Assembly: GCA_918797485.1 (NCBI GenBank)
Contig: CAKKNE010000004.1
Coordinates: 3,410,001 to 3,474,000 of the forward strand
Origin: Pelagomonas calceolata
Lineage: Eukaryota
Direction of reading: 5' to 3'
DNA length: 64,000 bases
In this document: piece by piece, positions 20,774-31,358 of the stretch
Numbering within the stretch: the stretch's first letter is position 1
How the letters are laid out: every line of letters starts with the position of its first letter
The notes under the pieces: model-generated
Databases searched by the model: none
What the model was told of the DNA's origin: nothing
What the model saw: the letters and a program-made list of their open reading frames with translations, nothing else
Translations under genes and position numbers: made by a program

Positions 20774-21137
20774 TTTTGCAGCGATTTCTCACCGTTTTTT
20801 GCTTGCGACGCACTTTGCTTTGATTTTGCGAGACTTTCGAGGCGCGCAGTCGGTGTATCGACGTACGTACAGCAAGGTGACCGCATCGAGTACGGCTGTC
20901 CCGCTTCGGCACGCGCCGGATCCTAGCATCGAGCCCCAGCGCCACGCGTCTCTCAGATGGCTGCCAAGGAGCCGTTCCGACGAATCCCATGCTGACGGTA
21001 TTGGGACACTTTGTTCGGGTCGGCAGCTCGAATTTGCGTCATCGATGCAATCAGCTCTGCTGGTCGTCCTTACGCGACGCCAGGAGCACCAGCGGTTGCT
21101 TTGATCGGCGAAGGACTGCTCCACATTCGTAGTTACC

Positions 21138-22664
21138 ATGCTGCGCGCGTCGTTCAGCACGGTCGCGCGCCATGCGGCGCAGCCGAGGATCCAGCTCTCC
21201 ACGGCCGCGGCCAAGGCGGCGCCGACGATCAAGGTCGAAGTGAACAACGCCGGCCCGAGCGCCGCGGAGCTCAAGGAGGAGCGCAAGGAGACCATGACCA
21301 AGGCGGCCGCCGCGAAGACGAGCGGCAAGAGCGGCTGGCAGAAGTTCGTCTCCGGTGTTTTAGATGTGATCCGCCCGGCCTGCGCCGCGGTCCACACGCC
21401 CGTCATGAAGGTCCTGGACGCGCCGTCCCGCCGCCGCGTGCAGAAGGCGGCGTCCGTCGAGGATTTGCGCATCGCGGCCGAGAAGCGGATGCACGCCATG
21501 TGCTACGGTTACTTGGCCGGCGGCGCCGATGAAGAGGTCGCGCTGCGCCGATCGGTAGACTGCTACAAGGACGTCGAGTTGCGCCATGCCGTGTTGCACG
21601 GTGTTGGGCATGGTGAGGTGGATCCTTCCACGACCATCTTAGGCCACGAGGCCAAACTCCCCTTCTTCGTCACGTCGTGCGCCGGCCAGCGCATGTTCCA
21701 CGCCGACGGCGAGGTCGCCACGGCCAAGGCCGCCGAGAAGCACGGCGTGCGCATGGCCCTGTCTCAATTAACCACCTCTACTTTCGAGGACGTCCGCGAG
21801 GCGGCCCCTACTTCCGCCAAGTGCCTCCAGCTCTACGTGTGGCGCGACCGCGCGCTCCTGAAGGAAGTGCTTGATAGGGCCAAAGAAGTGGGCTTCACCT
21901 CCCTTGCGTTAACGGCGGACTTCTCGTGGGTCGGCAACCGCGAGCGCGAGACAAAGACGGGCTTCACCGTGCCTCCTTCGTATTCGGTCCAGCAGTGCGT
22001 CGACGCGGCGCGCTCGCCGGCCTGGACCTTCGACTTCATGAGCCGCGTGCCTTATGGGTACAAAGCGGTCCCCGACGCCGATTTCCCGGCCGAATCCCTC
22101 GTCGACTTCATCGCGCAGCAGATGAAGCCCGAGTTCGACTGGAAGGACGCCGAGTGGCTCTGCCAGGAGTGGGGCGACACGGGGCCGGTCGCGCTCAAGG
22201 GCGTGGCCCGCGGCGAGGACGCGAAGCGCTGGCTCGACATCGGCGGCAAGGTCATCTGGGTCTCGAACCACGGCGGCCGCCAGCTTGAGAGTTCTGTGGC
22301 GCCGTTCGACGTGCTGCCCGAGGTGCGCAAGGCCGTCGGGCCCGACGTCGAGGTCATTATGGACGGCGGCGTGCGCCGCGGCATCGACGTCGTGAAGGCG
22401 CTTGCTAGAGGTGCGGACTCCGTGGCGTGCGGCCGGGCCTACTTGTACGGCCTCGCGGCGGGCGGCTTCGAGGGCGTGGACAAAGCGCTCACGTTATTAT
22501 CGAAGGACGTGCACCTCGCCATGGGCTTGTTAGGTTGCCGCACGGTCGCCGAGTTGAAAGCTAGAGGCCCCGAGTTCATGCTCCACAAGCAGAACTCGTC
22601 GTTCGTCTACGACAACGGGACCGGTCTCCAACCCTACTTCGGCGCGCCGCCGTCCAAAATATAG
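21138..22664 (+). CDS. FMN-dependent alpha-hydroxy acid dehydrogenase (L-lactate dehydrogenase/glycolate oxidase family), mitochondrial-type presequence
   Basis: LQLYVWRDR, GNRERE, SNHGGRQL, DGGVRRG, GRAYLYGL. Confidence 0.92.
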   Translation: MLRASFSTVARHAAQPRIQLSTAAAKAAPTIKVEVNNAGPSAAELKEERKETMTKAAAAKTSGKSGWQKFVSGVLDVIRPACAAVHTPVMKVLDAPSRRRVQKAASVEDLRIAAEKRMHAMCYGYLAGGADEEVALRRSVDCYKDVELRHAVLHGVGHGEVDPSTTILGHEAKLPFFVTSCAGQRMFHADGEVATAKAAEKHGVRMALSQLTTSTFEDVREAAPTSAKCLQLYVWRDRALLKEVLDRAKEVGFTSLALTADFSWVGNRERETKTGFTVPPSYSVQQCVDAARSPAWTFDFMSRVPYGYKAVPDADFPAESLVDFIAQQMKPEFDWKDAEWLCQEWGDTGPVALKGVARGEDAKRWLDIGGKVIWVSNHGGRQLESSVAPFDVLPEVRKAVGPDVEVIMDGGVRRGIDVVKALARGADSVACGRAYLYGLAAGGFEGVDKALTLLSKDVHLAMGLLGCRTVAELKARGPEFMLHKQNSSFVYDNGTGLQPYFGAPPSKI

Positions 22665-22732
22665 ATATATATACCCTCCCTCCCCCCTGTAAACTTACTT
22701 GGGTCGGCCGGGGAATTCGTGTTTACTATCCA

Positions 22733-23155
22733 CTACCTTCCGTGCGCTCTCGGCTCAGTCGTCTTTTTGCCGGCGGCCTCGCGCATCGCGCGCTCCAGGT
22801 CGCTCTCAGGCGCGTCTGCGACGGACACCTGGGGCGGGGGCGCGCCGCCGCCGCGCCGGGAGCCGCTCAGCGCCGCCGACGCGCCCGAGAGCTCCGCGCC
22901 GTAGCTTTCTGTGGCGGCGCCCAGGTACTTGACGTCCGGCCGCTTGAGACCACCACAGTTTTCCCCGAAGCACCCTTTGTCGTTGCAGATGCAGAACTCG
23001 CCTCCCGGGGTCACGGCAGTGGCCGGTTCAGATGGCCGGAGGAGCAAAAGGCCTGGCGCCGCCGCGAGCCAGCGGCGGCGTGTCGACGCCGCGCGTGGAG
23101 TCAGGCCTTGTGATACTTGTGCCAGCAGCGCGCAGGCGAGAATCCGCGACGGCAT
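22733..23155 (-). CDS. Small Cys-containing protein, probably plastid/lumen targeted
   Basis: Signal peptide followed by RRR..ATA Tat-like motif; CICNDKGCFGENC. Confidence 0.55.
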   Translation of the reverse strand: MPSRILACALLAQVSQGLTPRAASTRRRWLAAAPGLLLLRPSEPATAVTPGGEFCICNDKGCFGENCGGLKRPDVKYLGAATESYGAELSGASAALSGSRRGGGAPPPQVSVADAPESDLERAMREAAGKKTTEPRAHGR

Positions 23156-23327
23156 AGTAGTGAGAGCTCTGGCTGCTCTGAGAGCCCCTGAGTGTGTGAG
23201 CAGCAGGGAATCAGCACGAGTGCTCGCAAATCGATCAGCGCTCTCTAAAACTGCTCTAATTAACGCCCCTGGCTGCGAAATCACCTGTAAAGGGCGCTTT
23301 TTTAACTTAGAGCGCTAACTTATAGCG

Positions 23328-23349
23328 TTAGCGTATAGTAAGACACTAG
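23328..23349 (-). promoter_or_regulatory. CTAG-N14-CTAA motif variant
   Basis: Reverse complement reads CTAGTGTCTTACTATACGCTAA, in a head-to-head gap. Confidence 0.6.
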
Positions 23350-23503
23350 GAACAGCGCGACCTTCGGCCTAAATCCAGCCCTCTGGGACGCCACAGGTAC
23401 GCTGTGGCGCTCCCAGTTAGCTGCTCGCACTTCTCTCACAGCCCTCGCAACGCTCTGGCCGACGCCCGCAACCGAGTCTGTGAGAAAGTGAGGAGTAAGA
23501 AGG

Positions 23504-24637
23504 ATGGCCGACGACGCCCCAGCAGCAAAACGCCCCAAAAGCGCACCCAGCGAGGAGACCTACCCCCACCAGCGCATCAGCATCGAGGTGGGCGAAAGAA
23601 CATTCAGATGTTCAAGAAGAACGTGGACGCAAATAGAAACGTCAGTAATAGCGGTGGCCGTGTCGCTCACGACACCTGGTGAAGAGCCGATCACGCTCGA
23701 CTCGTTCTTCGACGAGCCTCCCCATGCCTTCGAGCGCGTCGTGACGTATCTGCGGTCGAACTGCACGAACTACGAGCCGCCACGCGACGACGTGGACCTC
23801 GACGCGACGGCCACGACGGCGCGGAAGCTAGGCTTCGCGCGGTACGCGGCCCATTTGAAGCTAGAACGAGTACGACGCGACTTAGAAAGGGAAGCGTTAT
23901 ATTTAGACAGTGTGTTACGAAGAACGAAGATCTGCGTCGACGACTGGCGGCGACGAACGAGGCAGGTCGACGTGAAACCGATCATCTTAGATGTGGACGC
24001 GGGCGACGACGCGCACCCGCCGGCGTCGGAGCGACTGAGGCAATTAGCACCTGCCTTAGAAGACACGGACGCGTACGGCCACGCGCGGCACTACGCGGTG
24101 AAAGCCGCAACGCCGTTGCGCGCGAAGAGCGGCATGGAGGCCGATGCTAGAGGTTCATCGAAGGTGTGCGTTTTACTAGAAAGCGAGCGGCCGCTGCGGG
24201 ATGCGCGGGACCAGAGCCACCTCCCGCACAACTTGTTGTACTGCGCTCGGCTCCAGGAGGACATTATATTTCGGCGACTTGGATTACAAAGGGTCTTGTG
24301 CCGCTTCCCGCTGGAACATCGCAAAAGATCTACTGTGATATCGTCGGCGCATCTATCAAGAGACCTGTACCGCGACCTATACGCCTATCAAGGCCACGAG
24401 CTCAACGAGAGCGATCGCGCGGACGGCATCGAGTTCGAAAGGCCGTTATATGGGCTGACGGGCGCGCCGGAGGGGCGGCCCTTCGTGAGCCTGCCGCAGC
24501 CGAAGCCTAGCTGTAGGCAGCAGCATCCTAGTTGGCAAGAAGACGACGAGGACGACCAGCTCTGGTTCGACGCGGACCCGACGGAGCAGGCGCGCCACGA
24601 CCTGCTGACGCGGCTGCTGGCCGATCTGGACGGCTAG
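23504..24637 (+). CDS. BTB/POZ-like domain protein
   Basis: ISIEVGERTFRCSRRT..FFDEPPHAFERVVTYLR KCTD-type BTB pattern. Confidence 0.65.
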   Translation: MADDAPAAKRPKSAPSEETYPHQRISIEVGERTFRCSRRTWTQIETSVIAVAVSLTTPGEEPITLDSFFDEPPHAFERVVTYLRSNCTNYEPPRDDVDLDATATTARKLGFARYAAHLKLERVRRDLEREALYLDSVLRRTKICVDDWRRRTRQVDVKPIILDVDAGDDAHPPASERLRQLAPALEDTDAYGHARHYAVKAATPLRAKSGMEADARGSSKVCVLLESERPLRDARDQSHLPHNLLYCARLQEDIIFRRLGLQRVLCRFPLEHRKRSTVISSAHLSRDLYRDLYAYQGHELNESDRADGIEFERPLYGLTGAPEGRPFVSLPQPKPSCRQQHPSWQEDDEDDQLWFDADPTEQARHDLLTRLLADLDG

Positions 24638-25075
24638 TCCTGCGTAAGACTCGGAAGCGTGCTAGGACTGACCATCACGCCTCGCCGCGACCCAACACGC
24701 ACTTTCATCGCGTCGCGTCGATGGCGTCCAGTGGTCCGTTCACCTCGGCGCCATCGATGCGTCTGCGCGACGGCGTGGGGGCCTCAAGTGTTCTTCTTCC
24801 ACGTGACCACGTCGCTGGCGCGCAGCAGTCCGCGGGGGAAAGGCTAGAAGCCGTAGCACAGGCGTGTCCCAGGGCTTGGTCCCCCGCCAAGGGCCTCGGG
24901 GAGATCTCGGGCGGCGCAGAACGCCGGCGCCACGTTTACCCCCTACTCCCCGGCGCGCTGTGCAGGGCGGCGCTGCGACGTGAATTTGGCGGCACTCACA
25001 CGCCCTCGTCTCAAGCGGAGCACGCAAAGGCGACCGAGTTTCTTAGATTCCAAGCGGGGCTGCCCCACGAACAAC

Positions 25076-26309
25076 ATGGGCGCCGGCCAGTCCATGGAGG
25101 TGGAGCGCGCCCTCGACGAGGCGCCGACGGCCCAGGCCGCGGCGAAGGTACTGGGCGCCTTGGAACCGGGCGCGCTGGCCGAAGCTTTGAAAGATCAGGG
25201 CGTAAGGGACGGGCCCGACTTATTGTCACGTCTCGAGGCGCTGCCCACCACGAAAGACGTCGCGCCGGTCGACAACTTTCTGGACCGGTTAAGAACAATA
25301 AGAGCGGCCTGTGTGAGGGTCGAGGCCAAGGGCCAGCAGTTAAGGGGAACGAAGCAGGACCTCGATGATTTAGATCAGAAGAAAAATTCCAACGCCGACG
25401 ACCTGCTGTACGCGACGCGCGTCGACCTCGCGGCGCAGCTCGCGGCGTTGGACCAGCACGCTGTGAAGCTGAGACACATGGAGAAGATGCTGCTGTTGGA
25501 ACGACTGGAGGGGGCCAAGGGCCTCGAGAGCCCGAGGGCGATCGGCAAGATGCCGCCGCACCTGCCGATGAAGGAGGCTGAAAGATTAAATGATACGAGA
25601 CGACGCGAGGCCAAGGCCTATACGGCTAAATCACCTACCGTTAGGTTTGAGGACGGCTTCGCGGGCGTGGAAAGGGACAAGTTCGGGAGCCCGGTGCTTA
25701 AGAAACGACCGATGAGCCCCTTCGAGGAGCACTTCGGGCCCGAGATTGCCAAGGACGAGGGCGACGACGCGAGCCCGCGCACGCTGGCGCGGTGCATGAC
25801 AGCAAGAGCAGCGACGCGCGCGCAGCAATTGATCGTCCAGCACGAGGCCGCGAAGCCGGACCCGGTCGCGGTGGCCAAACAGGACGAGGAGCAGTCCTGT
25901 TCCAGTATCGAGGAGGTCTTCGAGCGGTTCTGCGGGCTCTATAGACTCGAACACATGACGAACACGATCTTCGCCAAGTTCTGTAGGGATACCAAGGGCG
26001 TCATTTCGAAGAAGACCTTTCCCGTGCCGATGATCGACATGGTCCGGCGCCCGTGCGGACAATTATCGAGCCGACGCAGTCGCGGCGACAACGTCGCGAA
26101 ATTTGATTTCCACACAGGTCTGGACCAAGGGCGCCGGAAAAGCGAAACACGTAGGGTTCAAAAAATTCCTGAAGTTGCTCCATTTGATTGCGGCGCAGAA
26201 GGGCATCGAAGACGACAAGTTCGTCGCGGCAGTCGTCAAGCGCGCGCGCATCAAGACCAAGAAAACGGTAGCAACGTCGCCCGTTCTGGGCGGCCGGAAG
26301 AAGCACTAG
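25076..26309 (+). CDS. Myristoylated coiled-coil protein with C-terminal p25alpha/TPPP domain; exons 25076-26041 and 26118-26309
   Basis: MGAGQS start; MTNTIFAKFCRD..IDM|VWTK..FKKFLKLLHLIA reconstituted across the intron. Confidence 0.8.
26042..26117 (+). mobile_element. Shortened introner family A (76-nt intron)
   Basis: Ends TTGATTTCCACACAG; contains GGCGACAACGTCGCG core; degenerate TSD GTCCGGCG / GTCTGGAC. Confidence 0.8.
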
Positions 26310-26355
26310 GGGGCTGGTTGCTCGTAAGACTGAAGATACAACATTCAAGTTACTA

Positions 26356-28634
26356 CTAGCTAATCGTACACGCGTTGGTGCTCGCGCGCCGCTTCTCGAG
26401 CCGTCGCTTCGTCTCGTCGATGGCGTCGATGAGGCGGCGCTTCTGGACGTCCGTCAGATCGACTGCGGCGTCGAAGTCGGACGCTTCGACGAAAGCCAGG
26501 TCACTCACCGACTGCGCCCCGAGGTCGCGCAGGATTCGCAAGGCGCCAACTGGCACGTCGAGATCTACTAAAAAACGTTCGAGCTCCTTCGCGTTCGCGT
26601 CTAATCGCGCCGCGGCGTCCTCCGTGGACTCGAGCAGGAGGTCCAGGATCGTGTAGCGCCGCCGCGCCTTCGAGTACGAACTTACCGCCTCCTCGGCCCG
26701 CGTCGCGCGAGCAACCAAGTGCCGTTTCGCTTCGAGGTGTTCCTCGATGGTCGCGTCGAGACGGTCCTGGAGCTGCGCTTGCCTGCGCGCGACAATTGGT
26801 CATCCGGGGCGGAAAGATAGATCTGGACGCGGGGATCTCACCACTTGCCTTCGGACTCGAGCATCGCGTTGGCGTCCGCGAGCGCCTCTTTCGTCGAGGC
26901 AGCGTCCTTGGCCAAGTTTGCGTAGGCCGCGCGGCTTCGACTCACGTCGGCCTCGAGAGCGCTGCATCGCGAGGTTAGGCGCTGAACGTCCGTCTGGGCC
27001 GATGCGACGGCCTTCCGACCTTCCTCGGCCGCGTCTCGCATGGCTATCTGCTCGCCCTCCAAAAACGCGACGCGTTCCCGCAACGAGGCGATCTCTTCGC
27101 CGGCCCTCTGCGCTTCGGCATCTCGTGTCCGATCGTGCCGCTCCATCAGCGCCCTACAGTTTTCCGCGGCCCAGCGAACCGCAGCCGTCGCCAAGAACCC
27201 GGCATCTCCCGGACCGCACGCTGTCTGGAGCGCCGCCGTCGCAGAGACGGCGTCCGCGGCCGCCTGTTCGGCGTCCGTGGCGTCGTCGAATGGCGTACAC
27301 GTTGTGTGCGCCTCTCCGCGCGTCGCGCGCAGGCGAGGGGCTAGCTTCTTTTCGACCGCCGCGGTGGCGCGTGAGAGGGCCGTCCGGCACCGATCGCGCC
27401 GCCGCCTCAAGTTTTCGGCGAAGTCGTGGTCGCAGCGGCGCCGCGCGTCTAGCAGCGGCCGGTCGCCAACGCTCGAGCGCAGCACCGCGTCGTTCGACGC
27501 CGCCGCCACGATCCCGTCGCAGGCTCGGCACCCCTCCAGACGCGCGGCCGCGAAGGCAGCTTCAGGGGCGTCGTCCGGTACGGCGAGTAACGCCGCTGCG
27601 TGGGCGGCGACGCCCGCGTCCACGGCTGCGTCGCACTCGGCCTTGACGACGGCCATCCAAGCCGAACTGACCACGGGCGTCGCTCCCGCATTAAATGCGT
27701 CGACATATGTCGCTGCGAGTGCCACAAAGGTCTTGCCGCGTAGAGCAGCGCCCCTGACTCTCTTCGGCCGCGGCCTTTCACTCAACAGTCGTCGCCGGAA
27801 GTCCGCCAAAGCAGCCGCAAAGGCCGGTCGCGGAGGTTTGTTCGTGTCGGCGCGGAGATCCGATTCGGCCTCGTAGGGGCGCGGCAGCGTCGCGCACCTC
27901 CGCCGCTCGAAGGCGAGCGCGATCGCGGCGCGATACTCGTCGCTCTCGCGTCTATTCGTACGACGAAGGCTACTCTCGAGGTACTCGTCGCTGTCGATTT
28001 CGTAGCCGTCCGCGTTGACGAGTTCCAGCGCGAAGTCCCTAAGCACCCACCAGAGGTCGGGCAGATGGTCGGAGTTGCCGCCTGCCTCGTCCGCCTCGAT
28101 CTTCCGCGCGAGGCGCGACACGAGTCCGAGACTTGCAATGGCTCCTTCGTCGAGAGAGCCCGGCGAGTTGTAGACCAAAGATGACGCTAGTAGTGCGGCC
28201 AGGGCGAACAATGTCTGGTCGTAGTTGGCGTCTACACCCAAGCCACCCAGCCCCTCGACGTCGATGAGCAGCAGGGCCGCCGGCGCGCCGCTTTCCGTCT
28301 CGATGTCGGCGGGCCGGCCCCAGACGTCTAGTCCCTTCGTCTGCCGCGACGTGCCGTGGCCTACGGTGAAGCCTCGACTACCCGCCGGGTCCCGCAGCCA
28401 GTTCAGCAGCGACGACTTGCCGGACCGGTGCGGACCGCACATGGCCACGACGCAGAGCTCCGCGTCGATCGCCGCGATCACGTCCGCGGTCTCGGGCACG
28501 AGCCGCAGCTTCCGCTCTCCTTCTTCGTCGACTACTTCGATGAGCGGCAGCGGTGCGTCCGGAAAATCTGTCGTTGCTTCCAATTCTGGCTCCACATCGG
28601 CTGCGTCGACGGCGTCCGCGTAGAGGTCTGCCAT
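26356..28634 (-). CDS. Guanylate-binding protein (GBP/atlastin family) with coiled coil and C-terminal SAM-like domain; intron 26783-26841
   Basis: GPHRSGKS, TKGLDVW, DVEGLG, WVLRDF; a GTGAGA..CGCAG intron restores the frame into the SAM-like exon. Confidence 0.8.
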
Positions 28635-28776
28635 GGCTCACAGTCTCGTGCACGTGTGTGGTTGGGGCAGCATGGCCTGGAAATGGAGACTATTTTGCGA
28701 CAACCCCCTTCGTGCGTATGTGCCTGAGGCGGTTTGCGGGCAGCTTTTACACTCAAAAAAATCTGAAATTTGCTTG

Positions 28777-28798
28777 CTAGTGCGTTACAGGACGCTAG
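28777..28798 (+). promoter_or_regulatory. CTAG-N14-CTAG upstream motif
   Basis: CTAGTGCGTTACAGGACGCTAG in a head-to-head gap. Confidence 0.7.
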
Positions 28799-28901
28799 CA
28801 GCACTTTGCGACGGCTTGGTCTTTGGCTGATTTTAAATAGTTTGACGCCTTGGCTCTAGCAAAACCTGCGAAACGTTCGACCTTTGAAGCCCAGCGAACC
28901 C

Positions 28902-31127
28902 ATGGCTGAAGAGGGCATGTCAGCGGAGGAGGCCGAACGACTGAAGAGGCTGCTGAGCGCCGAGGACGACGAAGAAGAACTCGACTATGCGGAGCCGGCG
29001 CCAGCGCCGGGTCCAGCGCCCGCAGCGCCGGAGCCGCCCGCGCCCGCGGCGCCGGCCGCGCCGGAGAGCCAGGTCGAGGCCGATGCCGCGCTCGCCCGTA
29101 AGCTGGCGACCGCGACGGAGGGCGACGAGGCGCTCGCGCGCGCCATCCAGGCGTCGCTCGCCGACGCGGCGCCGCCGGCACCGGCCGAGGACTCGGCCGC
29201 GGCGGGCGAGGCCGAGTGGGCGCGGCAGCTCGCGGCGCTAGAGGCCGAGAAGGCGGCGCCGCCGCCGCCAACGAAGCCTGCCACGCCGCCGCCGCCGCCG
29301 CCGGCGAACACGACCTGCTTCGTGGCCGTCGTGGGCTTCGACCACGCGCGCGGCAACGTGCTGGAATGGGCCTTCCCCGGCGCCGAGGCCGCGTGGAGCG
29401 AGAGCCTGCCGTTCGCGGCGCTGCCCGATGGTGCTCATCATGTTGCTGCGGGCAAGGGCGAGGTGTGTAGGTTCGCAGTAGTTCGAGAAGACAAGACGCG
29501 GCTCTACGGCTGCTCCTGCGTCATGCAGGCCGCGCCCGACGAATTAACAGGCAGAGCAAAAGCCCAGGCGACGCGGTCGCGCGTCCAGAAGGCCGTCTGC
29601 GTTTTACATACTTCGAGAGACGTGGCCTGGTCGGCGCGGCTCGGGTCGAGGATCGAGGCCTGCGCCGCGGCGCTGTTCGCCGGCGGCGACCTTGATGATC
29701 GCGGTTTGTTGCGCGACTTCCATTCGTCAGTAAGGGAGATGAAGGCAGGTGAGCCGGCGACGCACTTGTTCGATGCTTGTGCTCGTTTAGGCTTCGCCGG
29801 GGCGCTGCGGTGCGTGAAGGCCCTTGCTTTAGGCCACGCCCTAACTTTTGTGCACGCGAAGTCGGTCTGCGCCGCGCCGGACGCGGCTCTAGCTTTCGCG
29901 GACGTGTTGTATGCGTTCGACGAAGACAATGAGAGTGTAGATAGTGTCGCGGTCTTTGGAAGGGAGCTCTCCACGCAAATGAGAATCGAGCCCGCGGTGG
30001 CGTTGATGGATCTGGACCGCGTGGTTTCCGAAGGCGACGAGTTCCAGGTCGTCGCGGGCACGGCGAACGCTCATTTAGCGGAAGCGGGCCTCGGGCCGCG
30101 CCTCGCGCCGTGCGTCGTCGCGCGACTGGAAGCGGACGCGCCCAAGGCGTCGCGGGTGCGGGCCTTCGGGCCCTCGCAGTACGCGGCGGGCGCCGTCTGT
30201 AGATTGACGCCCGTCGAGGAGGCGCTGGCCGCGGAGTTGGATGAAAGGGCCGCGAAGGTCTTTCAACGGGGCGACGGCGAGGGTTTTAGGGATGACGACC
30301 AGTGGGCGAAGCACGCGCTGCGGGCGCATTTGCGGGATGTGTTGGATCGCCTCGCTGCCTGTCCACTGGTGCCGGGGCCCGAGGAGGGGGATGTGGTGGC
30401 GGATAGGGAATTTGCCGGCGACCTCGCGCGGCGCCACGGCGGGCCCTTCGTGGCGGCGTTCCTGGACACGGCGCCGGCGGTGCGCTTTTTAGCCCAACGG
30501 AACCCGGCGCTCGCCGACTGGCTGGCCGTGGCCGACGCGCCGACGCTCGCGCGGTCCTTCGACCCGTCGCTCGCGGACCGTATTGGGTTTGCGCGCTTGC
30601 ACGTGCGCGAGGCGACCAAGGACCTGACCGTCGACGACGCGCTGGCCAGCGGCCAGAAGGCCCTGACGAACGTCGCGGCTCAATTGACCAATGTTGGTGC
30701 AGGCCTCCAAGAGCGCTTCCCGCGCACGGCCGGGGCCTTCCGCGGCGGCGACGCCGGCGCGGCGGCGGCAGCAGGCGTCGGGCCCGACCTCGCCCCGGAC
30801 GGCGCCGCGGCCGCCGCGGCCTTCGCCCAGCCGACGCCCGCGGCTTCGCCGCCGCCGCCGCCGCCGTCCGGGAGCCCGAGCGCCGCGGGCCGCGTCGCCT
30901 CGCTGTGGCGGGATCGGCTCTCGGTGATCACCGAAAAGGCAACGTCGGCCGTCCAGGAGATCGCCGCCTCGGACCAGGTCAAGGGCGCGCGGACGCAGCT
31001 CGGCGACTTCTTCCGCCGGAGCTCCTCGACGGCCAGCGGGGGTTCGCCACGCACGCCTCCGTCGGGCGGCGAGGGCTCTTCGGCCGCGCCGGGCGGCGGC
31101 GGCGAGCGCAGCAGCGCCGAGGTGTGA
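28902..31127 (+). CDS. AVL9-like DENN-related protein with UIM-like motifs
   Basis: VAVVGFDHARGNVLEW..LPFAALPDGAH, RSRVQKAVCVL; DEALARAIQASL. Confidence 0.75.
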   Translation: MAEEGMSAEEAERLKRLLSAEDDEEELDYAEPAPAPGPAPAAPEPPAPAAPAAPESQVEADAALARKLATATEGDEALARAIQASLADAAPPAPAEDSAAAGEAEWARQLAALEAEKAAPPPPTKPATPPPPPPANTTCFVAVVGFDHARGNVLEWAFPGAEAAWSESLPFAALPDGAHHVAAGKGEVCRFAVVREDKTRLYGCSCVMQAAPDELTGRAKAQATRSRVQKAVCVLHTSRDVAWSARLGSRIEACAAALFAGGDLDDRGLLRDFHSSVREMKAGEPATHLFDACARLGFAGALRCVKALALGHALTFVHAKSVCAAPDAALAFADVLYAFDEDNESVDSVAVFGRELSTQMRIEPAVALMDLDRVVSEGDEFQVVAGTANAHLAEAGLGPRLAPCVVARLEADAPKASRVRAFGPSQYAAGAVCRLTPVEEALAAELDERAAKVFQRGDGEGFRDDDQWAKHALRAHLRDVLDRLAACPLVPGPEEGDVVADREFAGDLARRHGGPFVAAFLDTAPAVRFLAQRNPALADWLAVADAPTLARSFDPSLADRIGFARLHVREATKDLTVDDALASGQKALTNVAAQLTNVGAGLQERFPRTAGAFRGGDAGAAAAAGVGPDLAPDGAAAAAAFAQPTPAASPPPPPPSGSPSAAGRVASLWRDRLSVITEKATSAVQEIAASDQVKGARTQLGDFFRRSSSTASGGSPRTPPSGGEGSSAAPGGGGERSSAEV

Positions 31128-31358
31128 TGTAAACTTCTTGTTTTCCGATCGCGGCGTGGTCTGATCCGTGCGTTGCCTCCATGACCTTTCCGAAAGGTCA
31201 GAAAAGTCCGCCAGAGCCGCAAGGGCTTGCCTTGCCCAGATAGGGCTCCCGGAGAGAACCTGCGCGCAGGTATAAGTAAGGCTAGTACCTATCTGCGCGC
31301 TAGCTAATAACGCAAAGGCGGCAGGCCCGGGCGCATAGCTCGAAAGACTCAAGCAGCC

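Noticed and set aside
26118..26359. C-terminus of the 459-aa ORF-track protein
   Set aside because: It reads through the intron into the wrong frame; the spliced frame completes the p25alpha domain.
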